10,695 nt of DNA from Candidatus Thorarchaeota archaeon (GCA_016840855.1 JAEORO010000003.1:1-10695), one strand, 5' to 3'. Positions 1-8,365 are shown, counted from the stretch's first letter. Notes: generated by a model not told the origin, from the sequence alone. A program made the numbers and translations.

Positions 1-219
1 CGCCATCCTCAAGCTATTGGTGAGTCTGTAATTTGGTTTTCAATTGCATTTTTCCTTAACTCACCATTTCTCGCTCTCTATTCAATTGTCTGGATTCCAA
101 TCTTTTACATCATGTGTATTGCGGAGGAAAGAGACCTCATTATCAGATATGGTGAACCTTATCTTCAATATAGAGATCGTGTTGGGTTTATGATTCCAAA
201 GCGATCAAGAAAGGGGTAG
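1..219 (+). CDS. Isoprenylcysteine carboxyl methyltransferase (ICMT/Ste14/PEMT-like) family membrane protein, 5'-truncated by the window edge
   Basis: Not in the ORF track. Frame +1 translates as RHPQAIGESVIWFSIAFFLNSPFLALYSIVWIPIFYIMCIAEERDLIIRYGEPYLQYRDRVGFMIPKRSRKG* (TAG 217-219). It shows the family pattern RHP, hydrophobic helices, then EE-x2-L-x3-YG-x2-Y-x2-Y-x3-V-x-F-x2-P. Confidence 0.85.
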   Translation, partial: RHPQAIGESVIWFSIAFFLNSPFLALYSIVWIPIFYIMCIAEERDLIIRYGEPYLQYRDRVGFMIPKRSRKG

Positions 220-304
220 CAGTTCTGTTCAGGTTATCATCATAACTCAAATGTGATATACCTATGACAATCTATTTCAAAGGAGGACTTATTGTTCCAT
301 TATA

Positions 305-1153
305 ATGTCAACTCCATTCATGAAGAACGGTCGATTCCTTGTCAGCAAAGTGGTTGCTGGAAAGGATTTGAAGACATCAGTAAAACAAACTATTGACCTC
401 CTTGGTGGCTTAGGAAAAGTCATTGATTCTGGTGACAAAGTGACCATCAAACCAAATCTCAATACTGCAGATCCTTATCCTGCATCTAGCGATCCATTAT
501 TCATCAAGGCTCTTGGTGAGGTTATCTTGGATGCAGGAGCTTCTAAGCTCGAGATTATTGACAGCTCTACAATGAGGGTGTCCACTCGAGGTGTTGCAAA
601 AAAAATCGGTCTTGACTCTATCGCAGAAAACCTAGACGCAGACTTAATCTTCCTTGACGAACATGATTGGATAAAGGTCAAGTTTCCCAGAGGCAAGTAT
701 CTCAAGAGTGGCTCTATCGGCAAACCTCTCATGAATATTCAGAAACTTGTTCTTGCACCTTGTTTAAAGACACACTTCTTAGCTGGTTTTACAGGAAGTA
801 TGAAATTGTTCGTGGGTTGGATTAAACACAGCCAACGTATTAGAATGCATGCTCGAAAACTTCAGCCAAAGATTGCAGATTTGGCATCTTATTTCCATCC
901 TGACCTGATCGTTATGGATGCACGAACATGTTTTGTCACCGAAGGTCCTGCATCTGGTACATGTTCATCACCGGGTGTAATCCTAGCAAGCGGTGATATG
1001 GTCGCTATTGATGTTGAAGGTGCGAAGATAATCCAGTGCTGCAATGCTAAAAACAAATTGGATATGGAAACATGGGATATCCCTCAAATCAAACATGCAG
1101 TTGAGATTGGAATCGGAGCTAAGAGTGATTCAGATATAGCGGTTATTGAATAG
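305..1153 (+). CDS. DUF362 domain-containing protein (no fused ferredoxin domain)
   Basis: 282 aa ORF with DUF362 hallmarks: LLGGL..GDKVTIKPNL, KTH-x2-AG-x-TG-x-MK, PDLIVMDA-x5-EGP-x-SG and ASGDMVAIDV. Confidence 0.85.
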   Translation: MSTPFMKNGRFLVSKVVAGKDLKTSVKQTIDLLGGLGKVIDSGDKVTIKPNLNTADPYPASSDPLFIKALGEVILDAGASKLEIIDSSTMRVSTRGVAKKIGLDSIAENLDADLIFLDEHDWIKVKFPRGKYLKSGSIGKPLMNIQKLVLAPCLKTHFLAGFTGSMKLFVGWIKHSQRIRMHARKLQPKIADLASYFHPDLIVMDARTCFVTEGPASGTCSSPGVILASGDMVAIDVEGAKIIQCCNAKNKLDMETWDIPQIKHAVEIGIGAKSDSDIAVIE

Positions 1154-1156
1154 CTT

Positions 1157-3364
1157 TTAATTATCAACTAAATTTTGAGGTTTAGGAAGCCAGATTCTGA
1201 ACTCTGCTCCTAGAGTATAGTCATCCTTAACTCGATTATGTACTTCAATTCGACCATTATATTTCTCAACTATATAGTGAGCTGTGTGAAGACCAAGACC
1301 TCCATATCGTCTTGATGTATCAAAGAGAGTGGCTTTTACTGAATCAGGTATTCCTTTTCCATTATCTGCAATTGCTACAATGTACCCTTCATCGGCTTCC
1401 TTAAGTTCCACCCAGACTTTTTTCTCCTCTTTTTGATTATGTTCAATAGCATTCATCAGTATATTTGAAAGAAGAAGCTCGAGGAAATCATCTGCCTCAA
1501 CTACTGCATCACGAGAATCTAGAGCTATCTCAAAGTTAATTGATTCTGAACTCTTTGATAAGGCTTTGATTGTCAATTCAATAGCCTCATCAAGTTTCCT
1601 TTTTCTCGTTGGAATAGCAAGTAGCTGTTCAGTTGCTTTTGCTTCTTCGATAATTCTCGCGCAACGTCTCACTGCATCGCCTATTACTTTCATGAATGAT
1701 TCCTTATTCAATTCATCAACCGCTGATTTCATGAGAGCTGCACTATTGAGGATGACCTGTAGTTGTTGTGTCAAATCGTGCCCCATAAGGTCAAGATAGA
1801 GAAGAGCTCGATCCTTTGCAATGCGAAGTTCTCGTTCACCTATTCGTCTGTCAGTGATATCCATGATGACTGTTTGAACAGCTGACGTTCCTCCGTATTC
1901 AACTCGGCTTGTAAAACTTTCAACCCACCGAATGTCACCATTCTTTCTCATGAACCGATACTCGTATCTAGGTGCAATAGGTCTTCCAGCAATCTTGTCT
2001 TCCATTCTTTTACGGAGTTCATCCCTATCATCAGGATGGACAAGTTCCCAAATATCCTCTGCATTCATTTCTGAGAGTTCTTTATCAGAGTATCCTACTA
2101 GCTCTTTGAATGCTGGATTATAGTAAAGTAATTCGTCGGTAGTAAGAATTGTTATGCCTTGTACTGATTGCTCAGCAAGACTCCGATATTTTTCTTCAGA
2201 TCTAGTTAGATTATCTTCTGCAATTCGTTTCTCGGTTATATCATGATATGTACCAAGGACACCAATCACTTTCTCGTCATCGTCGTGTAGCGGTACAACA
2301 TTAATCTCAATCCATGCGTTTCTATCATCGGCTTGACGTTGTGGACAAACGACATTTATCTGAGGTTGATTTGTTCTGATAACCTCTTTGTCTAATGCTC
2401 TGAACAACTCAGCTTCTACGTCACGCCAAGCCAAATCAAAATCAGTTTTTCCAACAATATTATCAGGCGAATCAACCCCTGCGACTAAAGCAAAATTCTC
2501 ATTGCACCCAAGATAAACAGAATCAAAGTCTTTCCAAAAAACATACTGTGGTATTGTGTTCATGACCGTTTGAAGCATTTCTTGAGACGCTCTTAGTTTT
2601 GCCTCCGCTAGTTTGGCTTCAGTCACATCGATGAGCAATATCTGTAGAGCATTACTCCCCTGATATTCAATCTCACTTGAAAACTCCTGCACCCAACGAA
2701 TTGCGCCATCTCTTCTAACGAATCTATACTCATAGGGCATTGGTATTTTCTTGCCAGAACGTCGGTCACTAAAAAGACCAAATAGATATTTCCTATCATC
2801 AGGATGGATAAGTTCCCACCCCTCTTCAGATGACATAGCTATAATTTCATCAACTGTGTATCCGACCATGAAAGCAAAGGCAGGATTGGCGTAAACATAC
2901 TTGCTGTTTTGAATTATTGCAAGTCCTTGAAGAGAATGCTCTGAAAGTAGCTTGTACTTCTTTTCAATTGCAATTCGCCACGAGATATCAGTAACCACAG
3001 CAAAGGATCCCTGATGGTTCCCTTTTTCATCTATTAGTGGCGAACCTGAAACTATAGTCTGCACCCTTTTACCATTCTTTGCTTTCCATTCTAATTCATA
3101 CTGGGATGAAAGGCCCTCATGTCTCTTTCTTATGTTGTTTTGCAAAACAAAGAGATTCTCATCATCAACAAAATTAGTAATCGAATACCCCACCATCTCA
3201 TCAACTGAATATTGAAGAAGGTCTGCAAATCTTTGATTTACATAGGTAAAAACTCCCTCACTATTTATAATTCCAAATGCGTCATTTAAGGCATCCAAGA
3301 GCATTCTTGTACTAAGTAATTCAGTATGGGTCTGATGATCTGGATTCGGTGGGGTATTAGACAA
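1157..3364 (-). CDS. Cytoplasmic PAS-domain sensor histidine kinase (4 PAS/PAC + HisKA + HATPase_c)
   Basis: Four PAS/PAC units end in DIS, DVT, DIT and DIT. H-box LMGHDLTQQ (His codon 1778-1780), N-box [10 protein letters not shown]1 DNGKGI, G2 GGLGL. No TM segment. The ORF is open from TTG 3385, but TTG 3364 is preferred because GAGG lies just upstream; ATG 3304 is an alternative start. Confidence 0.92.
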   Translation of the reverse strand: MSNTPPNPDHQTHTELLSTRMLLDALNDAFGIINSEGVFTYVNQRFADLLQYSVDEMVGYSITNFVDDENLFVLQNNIRKRHEGLSSQYELEWKAKNGKRVQTIVSGSPLIDEKGNHQGSFAVVTDISWRIAIEKKYKLLSEHSLQGLAIIQNSKYVYANPAFAFMVGYTVDEIIAMSSEEGWELIHPDDRKYLFGLFSDRRSGKKIPMPYEYRFVRRDGAIRWVQEFSSEIEYQGSNALQILLIDVTEAKLAEAKLRASQEMLQTVMNTIPQYVFWKDFDSVYLGCNENFALVAGVDSPDNIVGKTDFDLAWRDVEAELFRALDKEVIRTNQPQINVVCPQRQADDRNAWIEINVVPLHDDDEKVIGVLGTYHDITEKRIAEDNLTRSEEKYRSLAEQSVQGITILTTDELLYYNPAFKELVGYSDKELSEMNAEDIWELVHPDDRDELRKRMEDKIAGRPIAPRYEYRFMRKNGDIRWVESFTSRVEYGGTSAVQTVIMDITDRRIGERELRIAKDRALLYLDLMGHDLTQQLQVILNSAALMKSAVDELNKESFMKVIGDAVRRCARIIEEAKATEQLLAIPTRKRKLDEAIELTIKALSKSSESINFEIALDSRDAVVEADDFLELLLSNILMNAIEHNQKEEKKVWVELKEADEGYIVAIADNGKGIPDSVKATLFDTSRRYGGLGLHTAHYIVEKYNGRIEVHNRVKDDYTLGAEFRIWLPKPQNLVDN
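2024..2818. repeat. Intragenic direct repeat pair in PAS2/PAS4 of the soluble kinase (2024-2050 and 2792-2818)
   Basis: CCTATCATCAGGATGGA[C/T]AAGTTCCCA, 26/27 identical, 768 nt (256 codons) apart. It encodes WEL[V/I]HPDDR. Confidence 0.85.
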
Positions 3365-3385
3365 TGAATAATTCCTCTTTCTCAA

Positions 3386-3527
3386 TGAAACGCTTCAAAT
3401 GGTTATGTCATATCAAATAGAAAGCCAATATTTAGTATATTCATGTCTTTTGGGTTTATCCTTCGCAAAACAGATCGCTCTCATATATCACATAAAGGAT
3501 TTTACTATTAGAAATGCAACTTAACTC
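3386..3527. promoter_or_regulatory. Divergent promoter region between the two histidine kinase genes
   Basis: AT-rich intergenic gap between head-to-head genes, with TATA-like runs and the inverted repeat AATAT-ttagt-ATATT at 3427-3441. Exact promoter elements cannot be assigned. Confidence 0.45.
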
Positions 3528-5792
3528 GTGTCGCAAATGGCAATACCCACTGAGAGTTTTGCAAGAAGGTCTCTTTATTTTATTTTTCTTGCTCTTATAG
3601 CTGCATTTGCATGGTTCTTAGTAGGGTTACCTGCCTGGCAGACATTTCATACTGACATAGCATTTCAGTCGTTCTTGGCCTTCTCTGCAATTGCATGTAT
3701 TGCGGTATCAATACTTGCGTATCGCGAACGACAAACACCGTTTCTAGTACTAGTCCAAGCTGCTTTGTTCTTTGCTGCAGCTTTACATCTGGGCATCGCA
3801 ATTGACATGTTGTTTACTCTAGAATATCCAATTTTGACGAGGTCGACATCGAATTTATTCAATGATCTAATAGAACTTCTTCTGTTCAGTTCTTTGCTTT
3901 TGATATCAATCTTTTCAAACGAGAAATACCATAAAATTTCAGGAAAGCGACTGTACTTAGTTACATATGTTGCATCCGCAGTTTTATTGTTGGTTTATGG
4001 TGCTCTATCAGGCCGATTTATACAAATTATCCCTGACTCATTAATCCCTATCTTAAGTTTCGTATTGTTTGGTATCATTATAATAGTACTAGGTTACACA
4101 ATTATACTTGTGAACCAATATGTAAAAAATAGACCACCATATCATTCCGCTTCACTTATTGTAGTATGCATCCTACTGGCGGTAGCTGCGGTTGCTCTAA
4201 TAATTCCGATATTTCAGCCTTCAATAATCTGGACATTTTCTGTCACGCTTAATTCAGTGGCATTCTTTGTCCTTTATTTATCACTGACAGTTCCATATCT
4301 TCATGATGTTGGAATGAAACCTCGTGACGCAACAATTTTTGCCTCTGGATTTTCAGTACTTTTTCTGACACCTTTTATCGTAACCCTTTTGGTAGAAGCT
4401 CTAATACCTGGCTTTTACAATCCCGACATGGGGGCATATACAATAATCCATCTCGGTGGAGCATCATTGGCTGCTGTCATGGCATTATTAACATATGGTC
4501 ATGCAAAGACAAAAGGTCAGCCGAATCTTTATCCGCTCATCTCTCTTTTTGCATCATGGACAGTGGTTGATATTGTTCAAGTTGTTCTGTCTAGGTTTCC
4601 AGCACCACATTTTGGAGAATCATTAGTTCCATACATAACAGGAAGTCTGATCAGTCTTGTCACATTATTTCTAGCAATAAGATGGACAATGAATGGTCCA
4701 CCAACAAATCTACCACGTCCAGAGTTTTGGCCATTACTTGGTGTCATAGTTCAAGCTGGTCTTGTCACACTTGCCGAATTAATCCAAATAGGATTGATAG
4801 GAGCAATTCCAACTTTACTAAATAGTCCACTAGGAAGATCGGTTCTTCTCATCATCAATCTCTTCGCCATGTTTGAATTCACATTCTTCATAGTATATCT
4901 TTCAAGGCGAACAGGAGGGGGTTTGAGTATAGAAGTACTACTAAGCGGCTTTCTCGCCTTATGGATTGTCCCAAACATTCTGAAAGCGAATTTCTTAGAT
5001 TGGACTGCAGGTTGGTATTCTGCGGAATTACTATTACTTATTGCACTCCTTTTTGGTCCTGGAGTCCTAGGCATGCTCTATATTAGAGAAATGAGAAGAT
5101 CCGAAAACGCACATCATAGAGCTCGTGTATATTCAGACTTGCTTGTTCATGACATCTCCAATTACCATCAAGCTATTCTCATCTCCTTAGGGCTTCTTGA
5201 GGTAAATGGTATTCATTCGGGTTTCAGAGAACAAGTTATTAATGATGCTCAAGCTCAGCTACATCGAGCAGATGAGTTGATTAGAAATGTCCGGCAAATT
5301 GGAATGTCCGAAGAGATTAATTTCGCTGCACTTAATAGACTTGATTTAGTTTTATGTATTCGGAATGCCTTTGAAAATACTTTTCCGCCCCTCCATCGTC
5401 AGAGTATCGAGTTTAGTATAAATCGAAATCTTGGCGAATGTTATATTCATGCTCATCAAGTGATTGAAGGAATATTCATGAACCTTTTCCGAAATGCAAT
5501 TCAATATTCTTCGAATAGGAAACGCATTGAAGTGGAGATAGAATCTGTTCAGAATCAGGATGATGTTTGCTGGATGACACGAGTTATCGACTATGGTTGT
5601 GGAATTGAACCCGAAAAGAAAGCAAAGCTCTTCAATCGTTTCATGAGCGGTGCTAAAGGAACTGGTCTTGGCCTTTCTGTAGCAAAAACGCTCACCGAAG
5701 TTTTTGGAGGAAAAATAGTAGTAGAAGATCGAGTGAAGGGTGATTACTCACAGGGATCTGTATTCATTGTGACTTTGCCAGCAGCTCAATAA
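3528..5792 (+). CDS. Polytopic membrane sensor histidine kinase (~16 TM sensor region + HisKA + HATPase_c)
   Basis: About 16 hydrophobic segments by eye in the first ~520 aa. H-box LLVHDISNYHQ (His codon 5148-5150), N-box NLFRNAIQYS, G1 DYGCGI, F-box LFNRF, G2 GTGLGL. Start is GTG 3528 or ATG 3537. Confidence 0.92.
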   Translation: MSQMAIPTESFARRSLYFIFLALIAAFAWFLVGLPAWQTFHTDIAFQSFLAFSAIACIAVSILAYRERQTPFLVLVQAALFFAAALHLGIAIDMLFTLEYPILTRSTSNLFNDLIELLLFSSLLLISIFSNEKYHKISGKRLYLVTYVASAVLLLVYGALSGRFIQIIPDSLIPILSFVLFGIIIIVLGYTIILVNQYVKNRPPYHSASLIVVCILLAVAAVALIIPIFQPSIIWTFSVTLNSVAFFVLYLSLTVPYLHDVGMKPRDATIFASGFSVLFLTPFIVTLLVEALIPGFYNPDMGAYTIIHLGGASLAAVMALLTYGHAKTKGQPNLYPLISLFASWTVVDIVQVVLSRFPAPHFGESLVPYITGSLISLVTLFLAIRWTMNGPPTNLPRPEFWPLLGVIVQAGLVTLAELIQIGLIGAIPTLLNSPLGRSVLLIINLFAMFEFTFFIVYLSRRTGGGLSIEVLLSGFLALWIVPNILKANFLDWTAGWYSAELLLLIALLFGPGVLGMLYIREMRRSENAHHRARVYSDLLVHDISNYHQAILISLGLLEVNGIHSGFREQVINDAQAQLHRADELIRNVRQIGMSEEINFAALNRLDLVLCIRNAFENTFPPLHRQSIEFSINRNLGECYIHAHQVIEGIFMNLFRNAIQYSSNRKRIEVEIESVQNQDDVCWMTRVIDYGCGIEPEKKAKLFNRFMSGAKGTGLGLSVAKTLTEVFGGKIVVEDRVKGDYSQGSVFIVTLPAAQ

Positions 5793-5852
5793 TAACTCTA
5801 CAACCTAAGATTGATTAGCAAGGGTACAGTCCTCTGGTCGGTTGATTTTGGC

Positions 5853-6278
5853 ATGAAAGTGGCAAAGTATCAAGACATTAAAATTGGTGACTCTGCGGAA
5901 TCCGAACATACTTTTACTGAACAGGACATTCAAACTTTTGGAGATTTGAGTGGAGATTACAATCCCCTTCACTTCAACGATGAATGGGCAAAACAAACAA
6001 TGTTTGGTGGTCGTATTGCCCATGGAATTCTTACAGCCGCGCTAATTAGTAATGTAATTGGCATGAAGCTTCCTGGGACAGGTACAATATATTTGAGTCA
6101 GCAGATGCGTTTTCGGAAACCGGTTAAGATTAATGATAGAATCACTGCAAGAGTTGAGGTAGTTGAAAAGGATGACGCGAAAGAACGAATCACCTTACGA
6201 ACTACATGCACAAATCAAGATGAGGCTGTAGTTCTTGATGGCGAAGCCTTAGTAACATTGATGCGATTGGATAAATAA
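5853..6278 (+). CDS. MaoC family (PhaJ-like, R-specific enoyl-CoA) hydratase/dehydratase, hotdog fold
   Basis: Hydratase-2 motif SGDYNPLH, plus FGGRIAHG, LPGTGTIYLSQ and RFRKPV. ATG 5853 gives a typical single-domain length; the ORF track extends it to TTG 5811. Confidence 0.92.
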   Translation: MKVAKYQDIKIGDSAESEHTFTEQDIQTFGDLSGDYNPLHFNDEWAKQTMFGGRIAHGILTAALISNVIGMKLPGTGTIYLSQQMRFRKPVKINDRITARVEVVEKDDAKERITLRTTCTNQDEAVVLDGEALVTLMRLDK

Positions 6279-6290
6279 TCTATTTTCAAA

Positions 6291-6788
6291 TTATTTCGCT
6301 GTTAATTTTGCCGATGCTGCGACTTCAAGCGAATCAATCCTCTTTTGGATTACCTTGTTTATGTCTTTCAGCATTGGACCAAGACCATCAGCTTGTCCAT
6401 TTCTCAATTCATCGATAGTGTGAATATCCTTTATCATTGCCCCAAGTCTATCCAAGAGACTCATTATACCAAGGTTAAAGACATCCTCAAAGCCACCTTC
6501 AATCGAATAAAGTACTCGTTTCCTTCCACGACCTGTTTGATCGTAATCTCTCTGCCCCACAATAACACCGAGAGCCTCCAATTGTGAAATAATCAATCCT
6601 GCATTCGCGCGAGAATATCCAGTGACTTGACAGATGTCATCAGAACTCATTCGATTGCCCGTTTCATAATGCTCCATGATGAGTGCTGCTAAAACTGGTC
6701 CTGCATTTGAGGATAGGCCTATCCATTTTGCCACTTTTTCAAAAAGTCGTGTGATAGGACCTTTGATGAAACCATTGTTACTTGCCAT
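6291..6788 (-). CDS. Winged helix-turn-helix transcriptional regulator, GbsR/MarR-like
   Basis: IGLSSNAGPVLAAL, HTH MSSDDICQVTGYSRANAGLIISQLEALGVI, basic wing GRGRKRVLY, then a helical C-terminus. ATG 6788 is preceded by AGGTG; the ORF track starts at TTG 6821. Confidence 0.8.
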   Translation of the reverse strand: MASNNGFIKGPITRLFEKVAKWIGLSSNAGPVLAALIMEHYETGNRMSSDDICQVTGYSRANAGLIISQLEALGVIVGQRDYDQTGRGRKRVLYSIEGGFEDVFNLGIMSLLDRLGAMIKDIHTIDELRNGQADGLGPMLKDINKVIQKRIDSLEVAASAKLTAK

Positions 6789-6910
6789 TGAATTGCACCT
6801 ATGTTCCTTTTTCGCTATCAAGCGAACCCACGCCTTGCGCTTATTTTGTTAATTTAGCTAATCCATATATGATTATTGGATAATTTCAGAATTTATGGAA
6901 AATATAATTT

Positions 6911-8233
6911 TCATTCTCGACTTACTACAAACAATACATCTTCACCATGATAACTTCCTGCTACGACTCTTGTAATTGCTTGCAATAGACTTCCATCCAT
7001 CTTCTTGAAAGGTACATTTAGTTTCATTATTTCTCCTTTCGAAACTCCCTGTAGAATCTCATATACATCGTTCTTTCTTCCAGTGTCATAAAAATCAAAA
7101 ATACTCTTACTATCTAGAGCACTTCTCCCACCGCCAAGTTTATCGCTGGCAGTATTATTTGCGTGTAGAATTTGCCCTTCTTTTGTGACAATAAAGAACA
7201 TGTCTTCGAATGAATCGAAGAGTCCCATCATTTCTTTTTGCGATTCAATTATTGCCTTTTGCGCTTTTTCCCTAGTCATATATGCTCCAATCTGGATTGC
7301 TATAGCTTCCAAAGTATGCCTTTCAGTTTGAGGTATTTCATCGTGCGTGTGCGATCCTAAACTAAGTATTGCAGCTGTTTTACCATTGTGCAGAACTGGC
7401 ACTATTGCTATAGCTGTGAGATCTTCGAGGTCTGAAAACTTCTTGAGAGTATCATCATTCTTTAATTTAGAAACATAGAGTGGTTCCGTCACTTCCAAAC
7501 TCTTTTCTTCTCCAAGAATGCTCTTAAGAAACTGGGTGGACATCCCTTGACTTGTTGATAAGTCAAGTTTTCCCGTTTCATCATCAACTAGAAAAATGCC
7601 TCCAGTATCTATACCATCCAACTGCACTGCAGCTTTCAGAATTCTATCAAGTGCATCAATCATGTTTTCAGTTTTGCATAGAGTATTTCCTAAGTCTCGT
7701 TGCAATAATAATGAATCTTCTACTCTCTGACGTTCAGCTATTTCTTGAGCTAGCTTTTTGTTCGCTTTTTCCAATTCCGCTGTCCTTTCATCAACTCTCC
7801 TCTCAAGATCATTGAATGCAGCTTCAACTGCATCTTCCTGTCGCCTCGTTTCTACCTCAGCTATTATCCTATTTGCTAATTGTGAAAATAATTCTCTAAA
7901 TTCCTCTGCATCCTTTTTTAAGTAATAGTCTGCACCAAGATTCAATGCTCTTATAGCCACAGCTTCTTGGCTCCGTCCTGTAAAGATAATGAATGGAATT
8001 TGTGGATTGAACTCCCTCACCCACTCAAGTAGCTCCAATCCAGTCATGCTATCATTACCTAAAAAATGATCACAAACAATTGCATCGAAATCTTCCTCTT
8101 CAATTAACCTTAGAGCTTCTTGGTCCGTGGTCACGGAAATCAGCTGGATACGTTCGTCTTCTTTTGAAAGGAATTTACCAGCAAGGAAAAGTAGGTCCTC
8201 ATCATCATCAATCACTAGGACCCGTATTTTCAT
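6911..8233 (-). CDS. Response regulator receiver protein, REC-coiled coil-GAF-PAS, no DNA-binding or kinase domain
   Basis: REC motifs VLVIDDDED, AIVCD (phosphoacceptor Asp codon 8069-8071), FTG and GADYYLKK. Coiled coil LERRVDERTAELEKANKKL. GAF from GGIFLVD to AIAIVPV and LEAIAIQIG. C-terminal PAS. ATG 8233 is preceded by GAGGTGGAGAGG. Confidence 0.9.
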   Translation of the reverse strand: MKIRVLVIDDDEDLLFLAGKFLSKEDERIQLISVTTDQEALRLIEEEDFDAIVCDHFLGNDSMTGLELLEWVREFNPQIPFIIFTGRSQEAVAIRALNLGADYYLKKDAEEFRELFSQLANRIIAEVETRRQEDAVEAAFNDLERRVDERTAELEKANKKLAQEIAERQRVEDSLLLQRDLGNTLCKTENMIDALDRILKAAVQLDGIDTGGIFLVDDETGKLDLSTSQGMSTQFLKSILGEEKSLEVTEPLYVSKLKNDDTLKKFSDLEDLTAIAIVPVLHNGKTAAILSLGSHTHDEIPQTERHTLEAIAIQIGAYMTREKAQKAIIESQKEMMGLFDSFEDMFFIVTKEGQILHANNTASDKLGGGRSALDSKSIFDFYDTGRKNDVYEILQGVSKGEIMKLNVPFKKMDGSLLQAITRVVAGSYHGEDVLFVVSRE

Positions 8234-8283
8234 TTCCTCTCCACCTCTCATGATAGAGCTCTTACTCTACAAAACCATTCTCA

Positions 8284-8310
8284 CAAATTGTTATAATTTG
8301 AACTGGTTCA
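8284..8310. promoter_or_regulatory. Two overlapping inverted repeats upstream of the response regulator gene (candidate operator/promoter)
   Basis: CAAATT-gttat-AATTTG (8284-8300) contains a TATA-like TTATAA. TGAAC-tg-GTTCA lies at 8299-8310. Confidence 0.4.
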
Positions 8311-8365
8311 GAATATTATGCTTACTATCGGGATGTTTTCCTATCTTAAGTGCATAAAGAGGGGG

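Noticed and set aside
232-252. Inverted repeat GTTAT-catc-ATAAC (233-246) and loose similarity to GGTTATGTCATATCAAAT (3401-3418)
   Set aside because: The arms are only 5 bp and the alignment needs gaps, so this is not distinguishable from chance in AT-rich DNA.
2490-2515. Cys in PAS3 (YLGCNENF) as a LOV photoreceptor signature
   Set aside because: It does not match GxNCRFLQ and sits at a different position. It is an ordinary feature of this PAS subtype.
3570-5085. Rhodopsin or GPCR-like identity for the multi-TM kinase sensor
   Set aside because: No DxxxK or SxxxK retinal-binding lysine motif was found in a terminal helix, and the helix count and motifs fit MASE-type sensors better.
5853-6278. 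Assigning phaJ or a polyhydroxyalkanoate pathway
   Set aside because: No PHA synthase or phasin gene is in the window, and MaoC hydratases have many roles.
6893-6913. Selenocysteine read-through or fusion at the TGA of the receiver gene into the wHTH gene
   Set aside because: Read-through gives only KLYFP before a TAA. The regulator is in another frame and has its own SD-like motif.
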